Positions 1 to 10,458 are shown, numbered from the stretch's first letter. The stretch: 56,147 nt of DNA from Bacteroidota bacterium (GCA_949528465.1 CATIMP010000007.1:1-56147); one strand, 5' to 3'. Program-made: numbers and translations. Notes: generated from the sequence alone by a model not told the origin.

Positions 1-33
1 GGTCTTGGCCTTGATATTCGTTTAGAAGAATAA
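1..33 (+). CDS. rpoB: 3' end of RNA polymerase beta subunit (partial, start lies outside the window)
   Basis: Frame 1 reads GLGLDIRLEE then TAA at 31-33. This resembles RpoB C-termini and sits directly upstream of rpoC, the canonical order. Confidence 0.6.
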   Translation, partial: GLGLDIRLEE

Positions 34-45
34 TAAAATATTGAT

Positions 46-3000
46 ATGGCACGTATAAACGAAACACAACAACAAAAAGATTTTAATAAAATCTCCATTG
101 GGCTTTCATCGCCCGAAACTATTTTGGCTGCCTCCAAAGGCGAGGTACTTAAGCCAGAAACGATTAATTATCGTACACACAAACCCGAGCGTGATGGCTT
201 GTTTTGTGAGCGTATTTTTGGTCCTGTAAAGGATTTTGAATGTGCTTGCGGAAAGTATAAGCGTATTCGTTACAAGGGAATCGTGTGTGACCGATGTGGC
301 GTAGAGGTAACCGAAAAGAAAGTTCGTCGCGACCGCGTTGGACACATCAGTTTGGTTGTTCCTGTAGCGCACATTTGGTATTTCCGTTCTTTACCTAATA
401 AAATTGGCTACTTACTTGGACTTCCTTCCAAGAAATTAGACATGATTATTTACTATGAACGCTATGTAGTAATTCAACCTGGTATTGCTACCAACGAAGA
501 AGGAGAGCCTGTTCAAAAAATGGATTTCTTGACAGAGGAAGAGTACCTGAATATCATGGAAAAGCTTCCGCAAGAAAACCAGTACTTGGAAGATGGCGAT
601 CCAAATAAGTTCATAGCTAAAATGGGAGCAGAGTGTCTAATCGATATCTTGAACCGCATTGATTTAGATGAACTTTCATACCAGCTGCGCGACAAAGCAA
701 ACAACGAAACTTCTAAACAACGTAAAACAGAAGCGCTTAAGCGTTTACAGGTTGTTGAGGCGCTTCGTGACGCAAACAAAAACCGTGAAAATCGTCCAGA
801 GTGGATGATTATGAAAGTAGTACCTGTAATTCCACCAGAATTACGTCCATTGGTGCCGCTTGACGGTGGTCGTTTTGCCACTTCGGATTTAAATGATTTA
901 TACCGTCGTGTGATTATTCGTAACAACCGTCTTAAACGATTGTTAGAAATTAAAGCACCAGAAGTAATTTTACGTAACGAAAAGCGTATGCTTCAAGAGT
1001 CGGTTGACTCATTGTTTGATAACACGCGTAAGTCATCTGCTGTAAAAACAGATGCTAACCGTCCGCTAAAATCACTTTCAGACTCATTAAAAGGAAAGCA
1101 AGGACGTTTCCGTCAAAACTTACTTGGTAAGCGTGTGGATTATTCAGCACGTTCAGTAATTGTTGTAGGACCAGAACTTAAACTCTTTGAGTGTGGATTG
1201 CCAAAGAACATGGCTGCTGAACTCTACAAGCCATTTATCATTCGTAAGCTTATTGAGCGTGGAATCGTAAAAACGGTTAAATCTGCAAAGAAAATTATTG
1301 ACAAGCGCGAGCCTGTTGTATGGGATATTTTAGAAAATGTATTAAAAGGACATCCTGTATTATTGAATAGGGCCCCCACACTTCACCGTTTGGGTATCCA
1401 AGCATTTCAGCCAAAACTAATTGAAGGAAAAGCAATTCAATTACACCCACTGGCGTGTACTGCATTTAACGCCGATTTTGATGGCGACCAGATGGCAGTT
1501 CACCTACCGTTAGGTCCAGAGGCCATTCTTGAATCGCAATTATTGATGTTGGCATCGCATAACATCCTTAATCCTGCCAATGGCTCTCCAATTACAGTAC
1601 CCTCTCAGGATATGGTACTTGGATTGTATTATATGACTAAAGCACGCAAGTCAACCAAAGACCAAAAGGTAAAAGGTGAAGGCTTGACATTTTATAGCGC
1701 AGACGAGGTGAATATTGCCTTCAATGAAGGTATAGTTGACCTTAATGCAAAGGTTAAAATCCGCGCAAAAGACTTTAATGATGCTGGTGAATTAGTATAT
1801 CAAATCATTGACACTACTGTTGGTAGAATATTATTTAACCAACATGTTCCAGAAAAAGCGGGATACATCAATGAGGTATTGACTAAAAAATCGCTTCGTG
1901 GTATTATCGGAGGTATCTTGAAAGTAACAAGTGTTCCTGAAACGGCTGAATTCCTTGATAAAATTAAGGACATGGGCTTCTCTTTTGCATTCAAAGGAGG
2001 TCTATCGTTTAGTTTGGGTGATATTATTATTCCAAAAGAAAAAACAGCATTGATTGATGAGGCCAATGGACAAGTAGACGGTATTATTTCCAACTACAAC
2101 ATGGGACTTATTACCAACAACGAGCGTTATAATCAGGTAATTGATATTTGGACATCTACCAACGCGACACTCACCGAACTTGCCATGAAGCGCATTAGCG
2201 AAGATCAGCAAGGATTTAACTCGGTATTTATGATGTTGGATTCGGGAGCTCGTGGTTCTAAAGAACAGATACGTCAGCTTACGGGTATGCGAGGACTTAT
2301 GGCAAAGCCTAAAAAGTCAAACGCAGGTGGAGGCGAGATTATTGAAAATCCAATTCTTTCGAACTTTAAAGAAGGTCTTTCGATTTTGGAATACTTTATT
2401 TCTACGCACGGTGCACGTAAAGGTCTTGCCGATACAGCACTTAAAACTGCCGATGCAGGTTACTTAACGCGTCGTTTGCACGATGTGGCACAAGACGTAA
2501 TTGTGAATCAAGTAGACTGTGGTACGCTTAGAGGACTTACGGTTTCAGCATTGAAGAAAAACGAAGAAGTTGTTGAGGCTCTTGGCGATCGAATTGTTGG
2601 CCGTGTTGCGCTTCACGATGTTATCGATCCGATTTCCGCTGAAGTATTGGTTTCTGCTGGTGATGAAATCCTTGATGACAATGCGAAAGCAATTGAGAAT
2701 TCTGCACTTGAAAGTGTGGAAGTTCGCTCACCATTAACATGTGAGGCTAAAAAAGGAATTTGTGCCAACTGTTATGGGCGTAACCTTGCTACAGGAAAAA
2801 TGGTACAACAAGGAGAGTCTGCAGGTGTAATTGCAGCGCAATCTATTGGAGAACCTGGAACACAGCTTACATTGCGTACGTTCCACGTAGGTGGTATTGC
2901 CGGTAACATTTCCGAGGAAAACAAACTCGTTGCTCGATTTGATGGAGTTGCAGAAATTGAAGAACTCAAAACCGTTGACGGTAAAGACAATGATGGAAAA

Positions 3001-4347
3001 CCTGTTAAAATTGTGATTTCACGTACCTCAGAAATTAAGGTGGTGGACAAGAACACAGGTATTGTATTGAGTACAAATAACATTCCTTATGGTTCTTTTG
3101 TGTTTGTGAAAGACGGACAAAAAATCAAAAAGGACGATGTCATTTGTCAATGGGATCCGTACAACGGAGTTATTATTTCTGAATTTACAGGTTCTATCGG
3201 ATATGAAAACATTGAACAAGGGGTAACCTATCAAGTTGAAATTGACGAGCAAACTGGTTTCCAGGAAAAAGTGATTTCGGAGTCAAGAAACAAAAAAATC
3301 ATTCCTACACTATTAATTAAAGACGCTAGTGGTAAAACCTTGCAATCGTATAACTTACCTGTAGGTGCACACATTATGGTTAACGATGGCGAGAAAATTG
3401 AGAAGGGTAAAATTTTGGTAAAGATTCCTCGTAAGTCTGCTAAATCTGGAGATATTACGGGAGGTCTGCCGCGTGTAACTGAGCTTTTCGAAGCGCGTAA
3501 CCCATCTAACCCTGCCGTAGTTTCTGAAATTGACGGTGTGGTTACTTTTGGTAAAATCAAGCGTGGTAACCGTGAGATAATCGTTGAGTCAAGAACAGGT
3601 CAAATCAAGAAATACTTAGTGAAACTTTCGAATCAAATCTTGGTTCAAGAAAACGACTTTGTAAAAGCGGGTATGCCACTTTCTGATGGTGCGATTACAC
3701 CAAACGATATTTTGTCTATTAAAGGTCCTTCTGCAGTCCAGCAGTATTTGGTAAACGAAGTACAAGAAGTATATCGCTTACAAGGGGTAAAAATCAACGA
3801 TAAGCACTTTGAAGTAGTTGTTCGTCAGATGATGCGTAAAGTACGTGTAGAAGATTCAGGCGATACTACATTCTTAGAGGGTCAGCTGGTTCACAAAGCA
3901 GACTTTATTGAAGAAAACGATGCACTCTTTGGTCAAAAAGTAGTACTGGAAGCAGGCGATTCTGAAAATCTGAAGGCAGGTCAAATTATTACTGCTCGCC
4001 AATTACGTGATGAGAATTCATTACTGAAACGCGACGATAAAAATTTGGTTGAAGCCCGTGATGCCGTAAATGCTACTGCAACACCAATTCTACAAGGAAT
4101 TACTAGAGCTTCGCTACAGACCAAGTCGTTTATCTCGGCAGCTTCTTTCCAAGAAACTACCAAGGTACTCAACGAGGCAGCTGTTGCTGGTAAAATTGAT
4201 ACTTTAGAAGGGTTGAAAGAGAACGTTATTGTAGGACACAAGATTCCAGCAGGTACGGGTAACCGTGCGTTTAATGACATCATTGTTGGCTATACCGACG
4301 AATATGAAGCGTTAATTGCTGAGAAATCGTTAAGTGCTGATGTATAA
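46..4347 (+). CDS. rpoC: DNA-directed RNA polymerase beta' subunit
   Basis: 1433 aa. Zn-finger CxCGKY...CDRCG near the N-terminus, catalytic NADFDGD motif, and typical Bacteroidota length. Confidence 0.98.
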   Translation: MARINETQQQKDFNKISIGLSSPETILAASKGEVLKPETINYRTHKPERDGLFCERIFGPVKDFECACGKYKRIRYKGIVCDRCGVEVTEKKVRRDRVGHISLVVPVAHIWYFRSLPNKIGYLLGLPSKKLDMIIYYERYVVIQPGIATNEEGEPVQKMDFLTEEEYLNIMEKLPQENQYLEDGDPNKFIAKMGAECLIDILNRIDLDELSYQLRDKANNETSKQRKTEALKRLQVVEALRDANKNRENRPEWMIMKVVPVIPPELRPLVPLDGGRFATSDLNDLYRRVIIRNNRLKRLLEIKAPEVILRNEKRMLQESVDSLFDNTRKSSAVKTDANRPLKSLSDSLKGKQGRFRQNLLGKRVDYSARSVIVVGPELKLFECGLPKNMAAELYKPFIIRKLIERGIVKTVKSAKKIIDKREPVVWDILENVLKGHPVLLNRAPTLHRLGIQAFQPKLIEGKAIQLHPLACTAFNADFDGDQMAVHLPLGPEAILESQLLMLASHNILNPANGSPITVPSQDMVLGLYYMTKARKSTKDQKVKGEGLTFYSADEVNIAFNEGIVDLNAKVKIRAKDFNDAGELVYQIIDTTVGRILFNQHVPEKAGYINEVLTKKSLRGIIGGILKVTSVPETAEFLDKIKDMGFSFAFKGGLSFSLGDIIIPKEKTALIDEANGQVDGIISNYNMGLITNNERYNQVIDIWTSTNATLTELAMKRISEDQQGFNSVFMMLDSGARGSKEQIRQLTGMRGLMAKPKKSNAGGGEIIENPILSNFKEGLSILEYFISTHGARKGLADTALKTADAGYLTRRLHDVAQDVIVNQVDCGTLRGLTVSALKKNEEVVEALGDRIVGRVALHDVIDPISAEVLVSAGDEILDDNAKAIENSALESVEVRSPLTCEAKKGICANCYGRNLATGKMVQQGESAGVIAAQSIGEPGTQLTLRTFHVGGIAGNISEENKLVARFDGVAEIEELKTVDGKDNDGKPVKIVISRTSEIKVVDKNTGIVLSTNNIPYGSFVFVKDGQKIKKDDVICQWDPYNGVIISEFTGSIGYENIEQGVTYQVEIDEQTGFQEKVISESRNKKIIPTLLIKDASGKTLQSYNLPVGAHIMVNDGEKIEKGKILVKIPRKSAKSGDITGGLPRVTELFEARNPSNPAVVSEIDGVVTFGKIKRGNREIIVESRTGQIKKYLVKLSNQILVQENDFVKAGMPLSDGAITPNDILSIKGPSAVQQYLVNEVQEVYRLQGVKINDKHFEVVVRQMMRKVRVEDSGDTTFLEGQLVHKADFIEENDALFGQKVVLEAGDSENLKAGQIITARQLRDENSLLKRDDKNLVEARDAVNATATPILQGITRASLQTKSFISAASFQETTKVLNEAAVAGKIDTLEGLKENVIVGHKIPAGTGNRAFNDIIVGYTDEYEALIAEKSLSADV

Positions 4348-4658
4348 TGAGCGACAAGGCTAAAAAAGACGGGAGTATAAACATTGAGCTTGATCCGGAA
4401 ACGGCGCAAGGTACATACGCTAATCTTGCGATTATCAACCATTCAGCTTCTGAGTTTGTGGTAGATTTTATCAATATTATGCCAGGTGCGCCAAAGGCGA
4501 AAGTGAGATCTCGTATTATTCTTACGCCGCAGCACGCCAAACGCTTCTTAAAAGCCTTAGGTGAAAATGTGCAGCGTTTTGAAGCTGCTCACGGAGAAAT
4601 TAAAGATTATGAGCAACCGCCCATACCGCTTAATTTCGGCCCAACCGGCGAAGCTTAA
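4347..4658 (+). CDS. DUF3467-like small protein of unknown function
   Basis: 103 aa with no TM segment. Its ATG overlaps the rpoC stop by 1 nt (TAATG). I recognise this family and position as conserved after rpoC in Bacteroidota. Not verified by search. Confidence 0.75.
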   Translation: MSDKAKKDGSINIELDPETAQGTYANLAIINHSASEFVVDFINIMPGAPKAKVRSRIILTPQHAKRFLKALGENVQRFEAAHGEIKDYEQPPIPLNFGPTGEA

Positions 4659-4665
4659 ACAAATA

Positions 4666-4690
4666 AAACCCTCCAGATGGAGGGTTTTTT
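4666..4690 (+). terminator. Intrinsic terminator ending the rpoC/DUF3467 unit, probably bidirectional (also serves prfC)
   Basis: aaaccctcc-agat-ggagggttt followed by a T run. The reverse strand also gives a stem plus T-rich tail. Confidence 0.7.
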
Positions 4691-4697
4691 ATTGGAA

Positions 4698-6284
4698 TTA
4701 AAATTCAGATGTCGCGTGAAAGACAACACCTGGATATTTGCTTTGTGTCATTTGTAGGGTAAAGGCAGAGTCTGCCAAAAATACCAACTGCCCGTGCTTG
4801 TCTTTTGCCAAAAACTTGGACTTGGTTTGCTTAAAACCAGCAAAATCAGCTTCACCTCCTTCGAAAACTTCTACCCAACAGGCTTTGTGTACGTTAAGGT
4901 TTTCGTAGGTACAACTTGCGCCGTATTCGTGTTCTAAACGGTATTGAATCACATCAAATTGGAGCGCACCAACCGTTCCTACAATTTTACGTCCATTGAG
5001 CTCTAACGTAAATAATTGGGCAACACCTTCGTCCATAAGTTGGTCGATGCCTTTGTTTAGTTGTTTGGCTTTCATTGGATCAGCATTATTGATATACCTA
5101 AAATGCTCCGGTGAAAAACTCGGAATTCCTTTAAAATGAACACGTTCCCCTGAAGTAAGTGTATCTCCAATTTTAAAGTTTCCCGTATCGTGCAACCCAA
5201 CAATATCACCAGGATATGATACGTCTACAATTTCTTTCTTATCTGCAAAAAAAGCATTTGGACTGCTAAACTTTAGTTTTTTGTTATGACGAACGTGCAG
5301 GTAAGGTACATTACGGGCAAAGGTTCCCGAAACAATTTTTATAAATGCCAATCGATCGCGGTGCTTCGGATCCATGTTGGCATGAATTTTAAAAACAAAA
5401 CCAGAAAAGGTATTTTCGTTTGGAGCTATGCTGCGTTCTTCACTGTTTTTGGGTTGTGGAGGTGGTGCAATATCCACAAAGCAATCCAACAATTCTTGAA
5501 CACCAAAGTTATTTAGAGCTGAACCAAAAAACACGGGGTGTTGCTGTCCTTTTGAATACGCACTTTGATCAAAAGAAGGGTATACTTCTCGCACCAATTC
5601 CAACTCTTCTTCAAGTGTAGTCTTTGCAGTACTACCAATGGCGGTTTCTAAGGCAGTATCGTCAAGGTTTTCGATGATACTACTGTCGCTAATGGTGGTT
5701 TTACTCTCTTCGTCAAATAAGCGTACGTTGTTGTTCCAAAGATTATAAATTCCCTGAAAATCATACCCCATACCAATGGGAAAACTCAATGGAACAGTAG
5801 TAAGCCCCAATTTTTGTTCTACTTCATCTAGTAAGTCAAACGCGTCTTTTCCTTCGCGGTCGAGTTTATTAATAAAAACAATGATCGGAATATTTCGCAT
5901 GCGGCATACGGATACCAGTTTTTCGGTTTGTTCTTCAACGCCTTTTGCTACGTCAATCACTACAATTACGCTGTCTACTGCGGTTAGTGTGCGGAATGTG
6001 TCTTCTGCAAAATCCTTGTGACCAGGCGTGTCTAAAATATTGATTTTCTTGTTTTTATATAAAAAAGCAAGGACAGATGTAGCTACTGAAATTCCACGCT
6101 GACGCTCTATTTCCATAAAGTCACTGGTGGCAGTTTTCTTTATTTTGTTTGATTTTACCGCACCTGCTTCTTGAATGGCGCCTCCGAATAAAAGTAACTT
6201 TTCAGTAAGTGTTGTTTTTCCTGCATCGGGATGCGAGATGATACCAAAAGTGCGTCTGCGTGCTATTTCTTCCAAAAAACTCAT
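4698..6284 (-). CDS. prfC: Peptide chain release factor 3 (GTPase)
   Basis: 528 aa. G1 motif SHPDAGKTT, DTPGH and NKLD GTPase motifs, with RF3-like length and sequence. Confidence 0.95.
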   Translation of the reverse strand: MSFLEEIARRRTFGIISHPDAGKTTLTEKLLLFGGAIQEAGAVKSNKIKKTATSDFMEIERQRGISVATSVLAFLYKNKKINILDTPGHKDFAEDTFRTLTAVDSVIVVIDVAKGVEEQTEKLVSVCRMRNIPIIVFINKLDREGKDAFDLLDEVEQKLGLTTVPLSFPIGMGYDFQGIYNLWNNNVRLFDEESKTTISDSSIIENLDDTALETAIGSTAKTTLEEELELVREVYPSFDQSAYSKGQQHPVFFGSALNNFGVQELLDCFVDIAPPPQPKNSEERSIAPNENTFSGFVFKIHANMDPKHRDRLAFIKIVSGTFARNVPYLHVRHNKKLKFSSPNAFFADKKEIVDVSYPGDIVGLHDTGNFKIGDTLTSGERVHFKGIPSFSPEHFRYINNADPMKAKQLNKGIDQLMDEGVAQLFTLELNGRKIVGTVGALQFDVIQYRLEHEYGASCTYENLNVHKACWVEVFEGGEADFAGFKQTKSKFLAKDKHGQLVFLADSAFTLQMTQSKYPGVVFHATSEF

Positions 6285-6341
6285 AGGTGCAAAAATACCA
6301 CGGTTTTGATAAACGCTTATGGTTTTAGTGGAATAATAATA

Positions 6342-8156
6342 TCAATTGCTTTTTATAAAGCGGACTACTTCTTGGTTCTTTTCAAATTGAATAATAATAA
6401 AATAGTGTCCCTGCGGAATCTCGCTCACATTCAAATGTTCAGAAGTGCTATTTCCAAGAGGTACTTGTTTTAGCATTTTTCCAGTTAGTGTATAAATGGA
6501 AGCGGAATGCATTGGTAGTTTTGTGCTTAAGGAGATGTTTTCGTTTGCGGGATTGGGATACGCTGCTACAATAGTATTATCCTTTGGGCTTATCAAATTA
6601 AGTATATAACAGTCCGAAAAATCTGTTGCTGTAATAGGTGAGGGTGTGAAGACTGATTTGTCAAAATTTATTTTGGTTTTAACAGGGTCATATATAGGTT
6701 CAGAAGTGATAGCATCTTTTGGACCCGGACCAATAGCATAATGCATGATTTCAGCCGTGTTGATGACATGACCCAAGCCCGCAGCATGCCCTGTCTCATG
6801 ACGCACTACCGCATTAAAATCAAACTCTGATGATGTTGCGTCTCCATTAAAATCCCAGCTTATTTCAGGATTAAACACATAATCGATCTCATAATAAAAG
6901 AAATAAAGTGAGGTTTCGTTTGTTAAGCTATTTGTTATGCTGTAACCAGAGGATCTAGAAATAACGAAACCCAAAACCCCATCATCGGTGGTATCAAAAG
7001 AAATAGCATTGATGTTGTCATCTGCCTGTTTAACGGATGTTGTTGTATTACTTATAGTAAATTTAGAACCAGCGTTACATACAATAGCATCAAAACCGCT
7101 TTCAAAAGCATTAACCGCAGCAGTATTACTCTTAAAATCAGCGTGATAATTAAATAGATAAGCACCGTTTTCAAAGTTTCCAGTACTTGTGGATTCAGAT
7201 GAGTTGTGATCACTAATATGGTGAATGGGATATTCCACTTCTTTTCCGCCTCTAATAGTAGCGTCACTGTAATTTCCGGTAATGTAATTGTGTGTGACTT
7301 CAAGTCCTGCAATAGTATGAGTTACGCCCGCACTTGTTTCTACTTCAACATCTCCAGAACCAGCACCACTCGGTACTTTAATTGTTATTTCGGTATCTGT
7401 CCAACTCTCAATATTTGTTTCTAGGGCTTCAATGGTGGTATCCCCAGCATCATCTGCGTCTGGAAAACGTACAATTCCAAGATCTGTACCAAAATTGGCA
7501 CCACTAATCGTTAAAACAGAACCGTTCCCAGCAACTATTTCTGTGGGACTTAAGGAGCTAATCTGCGTTTTTTCTACACCAAAAACGCTTTTTTTTTTGA
7601 TGTTCACCTCTTCAGTTTCAAAATAATTGGTTTCTTTAATTTGAGTTACTTCACGCTTTGTTAAAGATGTTATGGTATCCTCTAGCTTTTTGTGATTTGA
7701 GAAGCTTAAAAATGGATTTGTAACATTTCCCTTTTTTAAGTTATATCGATAAACCCCTTGGCTTAGTCCAACACTTTTGTATATTGGTTTTGTAGATGGA
7801 AATCCTTCAAGTGCGATATCAGCATTTTTTGCTACAAAAACCCCAACAGCATTTACAGGAAGTTTCAGTGCAGGGCGAACTATATGCGACTTCATTCCAA
7901 TGGTACCGCCAAGGCTTACAAGGTATATTTCTGACGTGTTGTCTCCTTTGTGTATTTTGCTAACTTCAACGGTGTGAACCGTATAAATATTTTTATGTCC
8001 TGCGTCCCAGTAGGAAGCCTTATTAATCACTTTTCCTTCAACAATTGCATCAGCAATTGCTACTTGATTTTCCAGTGAAATATTATTTAAAAGCTCTACC
8101 TGAGAAAAGACAAAAAGCGGAAGTGAAACTACGAAAAAGACAAGTATATGTTTCAT
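6342..8156 (-). CDS. Secreted metzincin-type zinc metalloprotease with an IPT/TIG-like domain and a T9SS C-terminal sorting domain
   Basis: Signal peptide MKHILVFFVVSLPLFVFSQ. Exact metzincin motif HETGHAAGLGH (HExxHxxGxxH) followed by a Met-turn candidate (IMHY). C-terminal ~80 aa has the typical T9SS CTD look (AAYPNPANENISL...GHYFIII...). Confidence 0.8.
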   Translation of the reverse strand: MKHILVFFVVSLPLFVFSQVELLNNISLENQVAIADAIVEGKVINKASYWDAGHKNIYTVHTVEVSKIHKGDNTSEIYLVSLGGTIGMKSHIVRPALKLPVNAVGVFVAKNADIALEGFPSTKPIYKSVGLSQGVYRYNLKKGNVTNPFLSFSNHKKLEDTITSLTKREVTQIKETNYFETEEVNIKKKSVFGVEKTQISSLSPTEIVAGNGSVLTISGANFGTDLGIVRFPDADDAGDTTIEALETNIESWTDTEITIKVPSGAGSGDVEVETSAGVTHTIAGLEVTHNYITGNYSDATIRGGKEVEYPIHHISDHNSSESTSTGNFENGAYLFNYHADFKSNTAAVNAFESGFDAIVCNAGSKFTISNTTTSVKQADDNINAISFDTTDDGVLGFVISRSSGYSITNSLTNETSLYFFYYEIDYVFNPEISWDFNGDATSSEFDFNAVVRHETGHAAGLGHVINTAEIMHYAIGPGPKDAITSEPIYDPVKTKINFDKSVFTPSPITATDFSDCYILNLISPKDNTIVAAYPNPANENISLSTKLPMHSASIYTLTGKMLKQVPLGNSTSEHLNVSEIPQGHYFIIIQFEKNQEVVRFIKSN

Positions 8157-8238
8157 ATTATATGATGATTTGGTGGCCCAAATATATCAATTTAAAATTA
8201 GCAGTTGGCTACGAGTTTTTTGTATTTTTAATTTTTAT

Positions 8239-8757
8239 ATGGAAGAACAGGTTATTTTAGTTGATACGGCAGATAATCAGCTGGGTTTAATGCCCAAAAT
8301 GGAAGCGCATGAGAAGGGCGTATTGCACCGTGCATTTTCGGTTTTTGTCCTCAACAACAAGGGTGAATTGATGCTGCAACAACGCGCCTTACACAAATAC
8401 CATTCACCAGGTTTGTGGACCAATACCTGTTGTAGTCATCAACGCGATGGTGAGAGCAATATTGTTGCTGGCCAGCGCAGATTGCAAGAAGAAATGGGAT
8501 TTGTTACTGAACTTAGAGAAGTAACTTCATTTATTTACAAAGCGCCATTTGATAACGGTCTTACTGAGCATGAGTTAGATCATATCATGATTGGTCAATA
8601 TAACGACGTACCCAATATCAACCCAGATGAAGTTGCCAATTGGAAATGGATGCCTGTGGTAGAAGTTCATGCCGATATTGCTGCGCATCCCGAGCACTAT
8701 ACCGCGTGGTTTATTATTATCTTTGAGCAATTCTATGAAAAAATTAAATTGCTATGA
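8239..8757 (+). CDS. idi: Isopentenyl-diphosphate delta-isomerase, type 1 (Nudix fold)
   Basis: MEEQVILVD...HRAFSVF...NTCCSHQ...LTEHELDH motifs. I start at ATG 8239 rather than the 8170 ORF-track start, because the extra N-terminus is not IDI-like. Confidence 0.85.
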   Translation: MEEQVILVDTADNQLGLMPKMEAHEKGVLHRAFSVFVLNNKGELMLQQRALHKYHSPGLWTNTCCSHQRDGESNIVAGQRRLQEEMGFVTELREVTSFIYKAPFDNGLTEHELDHIMIGQYNDVPNINPDEVANWKWMPVVEVHADIAAHPEHYTAWFIIIFEQFYEKIKLL

Positions 8758-9170
8758 ATAAAGTAACCGTTAGCCGAAAGGCACACTTTAATGCGGCGCA
8801 CCGACTGTACAGAAAAGATTGGACAGATGCCCAAAACGAAGCTATCTTTGACAAGTGCAGTAATCCCTATTTTCACGGGCATAACTATGATCTTATTGTT
8901 TCCGTTACCGGTGAAATTGACCCAGAAACTGGCTATGTGATGGATATGAAAGTCCTTAAGGATTTGATTAAAGCTCATGTAGAAGATGCGTTTGATCACA
9001 AAAATCTAAACGAACAGGTACCAGAATTTGCGACGTTAATTCCTACCGCTGAAAACATTTCTGTAGTGATTTGGGAAAAGCTTAGACCTCATATTCAAAA
9101 AAACAATGATTTATCTATAACTTTGTATGAAACTCCTCGAAACTTTGTAGTGTTTTCGGGGCCTAAATAA
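8754..9170 (+). CDS. queD: 6-carboxytetrahydropterin synthase / 6-pyruvoyl-tetrahydropterin synthase family
   Basis: 138 aa with FNAAHRL...HGHNY motifs. ATGA overlap with the idi stop. Confidence 0.85.
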   Translation: MNKVTVSRKAHFNAAHRLYRKDWTDAQNEAIFDKCSNPYFHGHNYDLIVSVTGEIDPETGYVMDMKVLKDLIKAHVEDAFDHKNLNEQVPEFATLIPTAENISVVIWEKLRPHIQKNNDLSITLYETPRNFVVFSGPK

Positions 9171-9179
9171 ATAAAACTT

Positions 9180-9446
9180 ATGGCATCTATTCGCGACTTA
9201 AAGAAAGATATCAACCATGTGTTGGGAGAGATTATTGAAATGACTTTTGATTGGGAAAAAGCTAATCCAGATGCCGACAGAAAATCTTCTTCGGCTATTG
9301 TTGACGAAGCCATAACCGCATTTGATGCATTTAGTGTAAAACTTAATCAAAAAGACGTTGTGAACAAAAAAGCACACTTTCGTGCGATTCAAGATGAGCT
9401 TACTGAAAAAGGAAATGCACTAATTGAAAAGCTTAATGCGCTTTAA
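9180..9446 (+). CDS. Hypothetical small protein, appears mostly helical from its sequence
   Basis: 88-aa ORF starting 9 nt after queD. No recognisable motif. Its 3' end overlaps the alkB 3' end by 14 nt. Confidence 0.5.
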   Translation: MASIRDLKKDINHVLGEIIEMTFDWEKANPDADRKSSSAIVDEAITAFDAFSVKLNQKDVVNKKAHFRAIQDELTEKGNALIEKLNAL

Positions 9447-10038
9447 TCACTTTTCTAAAAGTGAGGTTAATGCGCGGCCCGACTTCTCGTGCCGTTTTTG
9501 CAACTTGATGTTTCCAGTGGTGTTGCGTGCTTCCCTCCATAAGGAGTAAACTCCCATGCGCTAACGCGAATTTTAGGCGTTGGGTTTTATCGTGCTTGTG
9601 CTTGAGATGAAAATACCGTTCTGCTCCTAAACTCACCGAGGCAATTATAGGGTTTTGCCCTAGCTCGGATTCGTCATCGGCGTGCCAACCGTTACTGTCT
9701 TTGCCTGTTCGATATAAATTCAATAACACCGTAGTAAAGCGTTCCTCGCAAAGCATTTGAATTTTTGTTTCGATTTCCTTGAGGGTTGTGGTCATCGGGT
9801 TTGGTTGCATCACAATACCTGAATATCCATAAGGATCGGTAGTGTGCCCATGCAATGAAGTCATACGGGGTTGCGGATAGGTTTTTCCAAAAACAGTAAT
9901 CGGGTCATTTTGCCACGGAATAGTATCAAGTAGCTCTGAAAAATAGGCATCTGCAATATTTTTTGCTAAAAAATTCGGGAAATACCGAATTGTAGCATCG
10001 GGAAGTTTGGGTTCAAAAACATCAAAAAGCAATGACAT
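9433..10038 (-). CDS. alkB: Fe(II)/2-oxoglutarate-dependent dioxygenase AlkB (alkylated nucleic-acid repair)
   Basis: 201 aa. WHADDE (HxD), HHWKH, and RINLTFRKV at the C-terminus. Confidence 0.85.
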   Translation of the reverse strand: MSLLFDVFEPKLPDATIRYFPNFLAKNIADAYFSELLDTIPWQNDPITVFGKTYPQPRMTSLHGHTTDPYGYSGIVMQPNPMTTTLKEIETKIQMLCEERFTTVLLNLYRTGKDSNGWHADDESELGQNPIIASVSLGAERYFHLKHKHDKTQRLKFALAHGSLLLMEGSTQHHWKHQVAKTAREVGPRINLTFRKVIKAH

Positions 10039-10370
10039 TATTTTGTATTTTTTTTATTGTTTCTCTTTTTTCTAGCTTCTTCTTTGTAGTGGAAAAACAA
10101 GGTGTTTACAAAACCCAAAATTAATGCCACACCAATAATAATATATGCCATGGTAAAAAGCTTACCCAAATCGGTTTGTGGTGAAAAATCGCCATAGCCA
10201 ATGGTAGTTAGGGTGATGACCGAAAAATATAGTGAATCTAACCACGACCAATCTTCAATAAAGCGGTAAGCAATTGTGCCAATTGCCAAAAAAATATTGG
10301 TAGCAAAAAGCAAACTACGGTAGGCCGGGTCTCGCCAAAAAGAAAGTAGCGTGCGCCAAAAAAATAACAT
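10038..10370 (-). CDS. Minimal two-TM potassium channel (pore module only)
   Basis: 110 aa. Selectivity filter TTIGYGD flanked by two hydrophobic helices, with a basic C-terminal tail. Its stop overlaps the alkB ATG by 1 nt. Confidence 0.85.
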   Translation of the reverse strand: MLFFWRTLLSFWRDPAYRSLLFATNIFLAIGTIAYRFIEDWSWLDSLYFSVITLTTIGYGDFSPQTDLGKLFTMAYIIIGVALILGFVNTLFFHYKEEARKKRNNKKNTK

Positions 10371-10400
10371 AGTGTAAGGTTTCTATGCAAGTAATATAAT

Positions 10401-10434
10401 TAAAAAAAATCCCTCAACTTAAAAAGTGAGGGAT
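10401..10434 (-). terminator. Intrinsic terminator of htpG
   Basis: atccctca...tgagggat stem. On the minus strand it is followed by T8 (plus-strand A8 at 10402-10409). Confidence 0.7.
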
Positions 10435-10458
10435 ATTTATTAAAATAAGATTAAAAAC

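Noticed and set aside
106-4540. Numerous 60-140-aa minus-strand and off-frame ORFs within rpoC. Similar ones occur within htpG, gcvP, porU, guaA and other large genes.
   Set aside because: All are nested in long, motif-rich, well-supported genes and show no features of their own.
8170-8238. N-terminal extensions in the ORF track for idi (8170), fabH (12567), ftsY (21552), tatA (33575), gldJ (38111), mlaF (48635), and the TTG starts of recR, guaA and porU
   Set aside because: The extensions cover terminators, promoters or the upstream gene and are not homolog-like. Internal ATGs give canonical N-termini.
8700-8760. Possible preQ1 riboswitch upstream of queD
   Set aside because: queD overlaps the idi stop (ATGA), so there is no untranslated leader to hold an aptamer.
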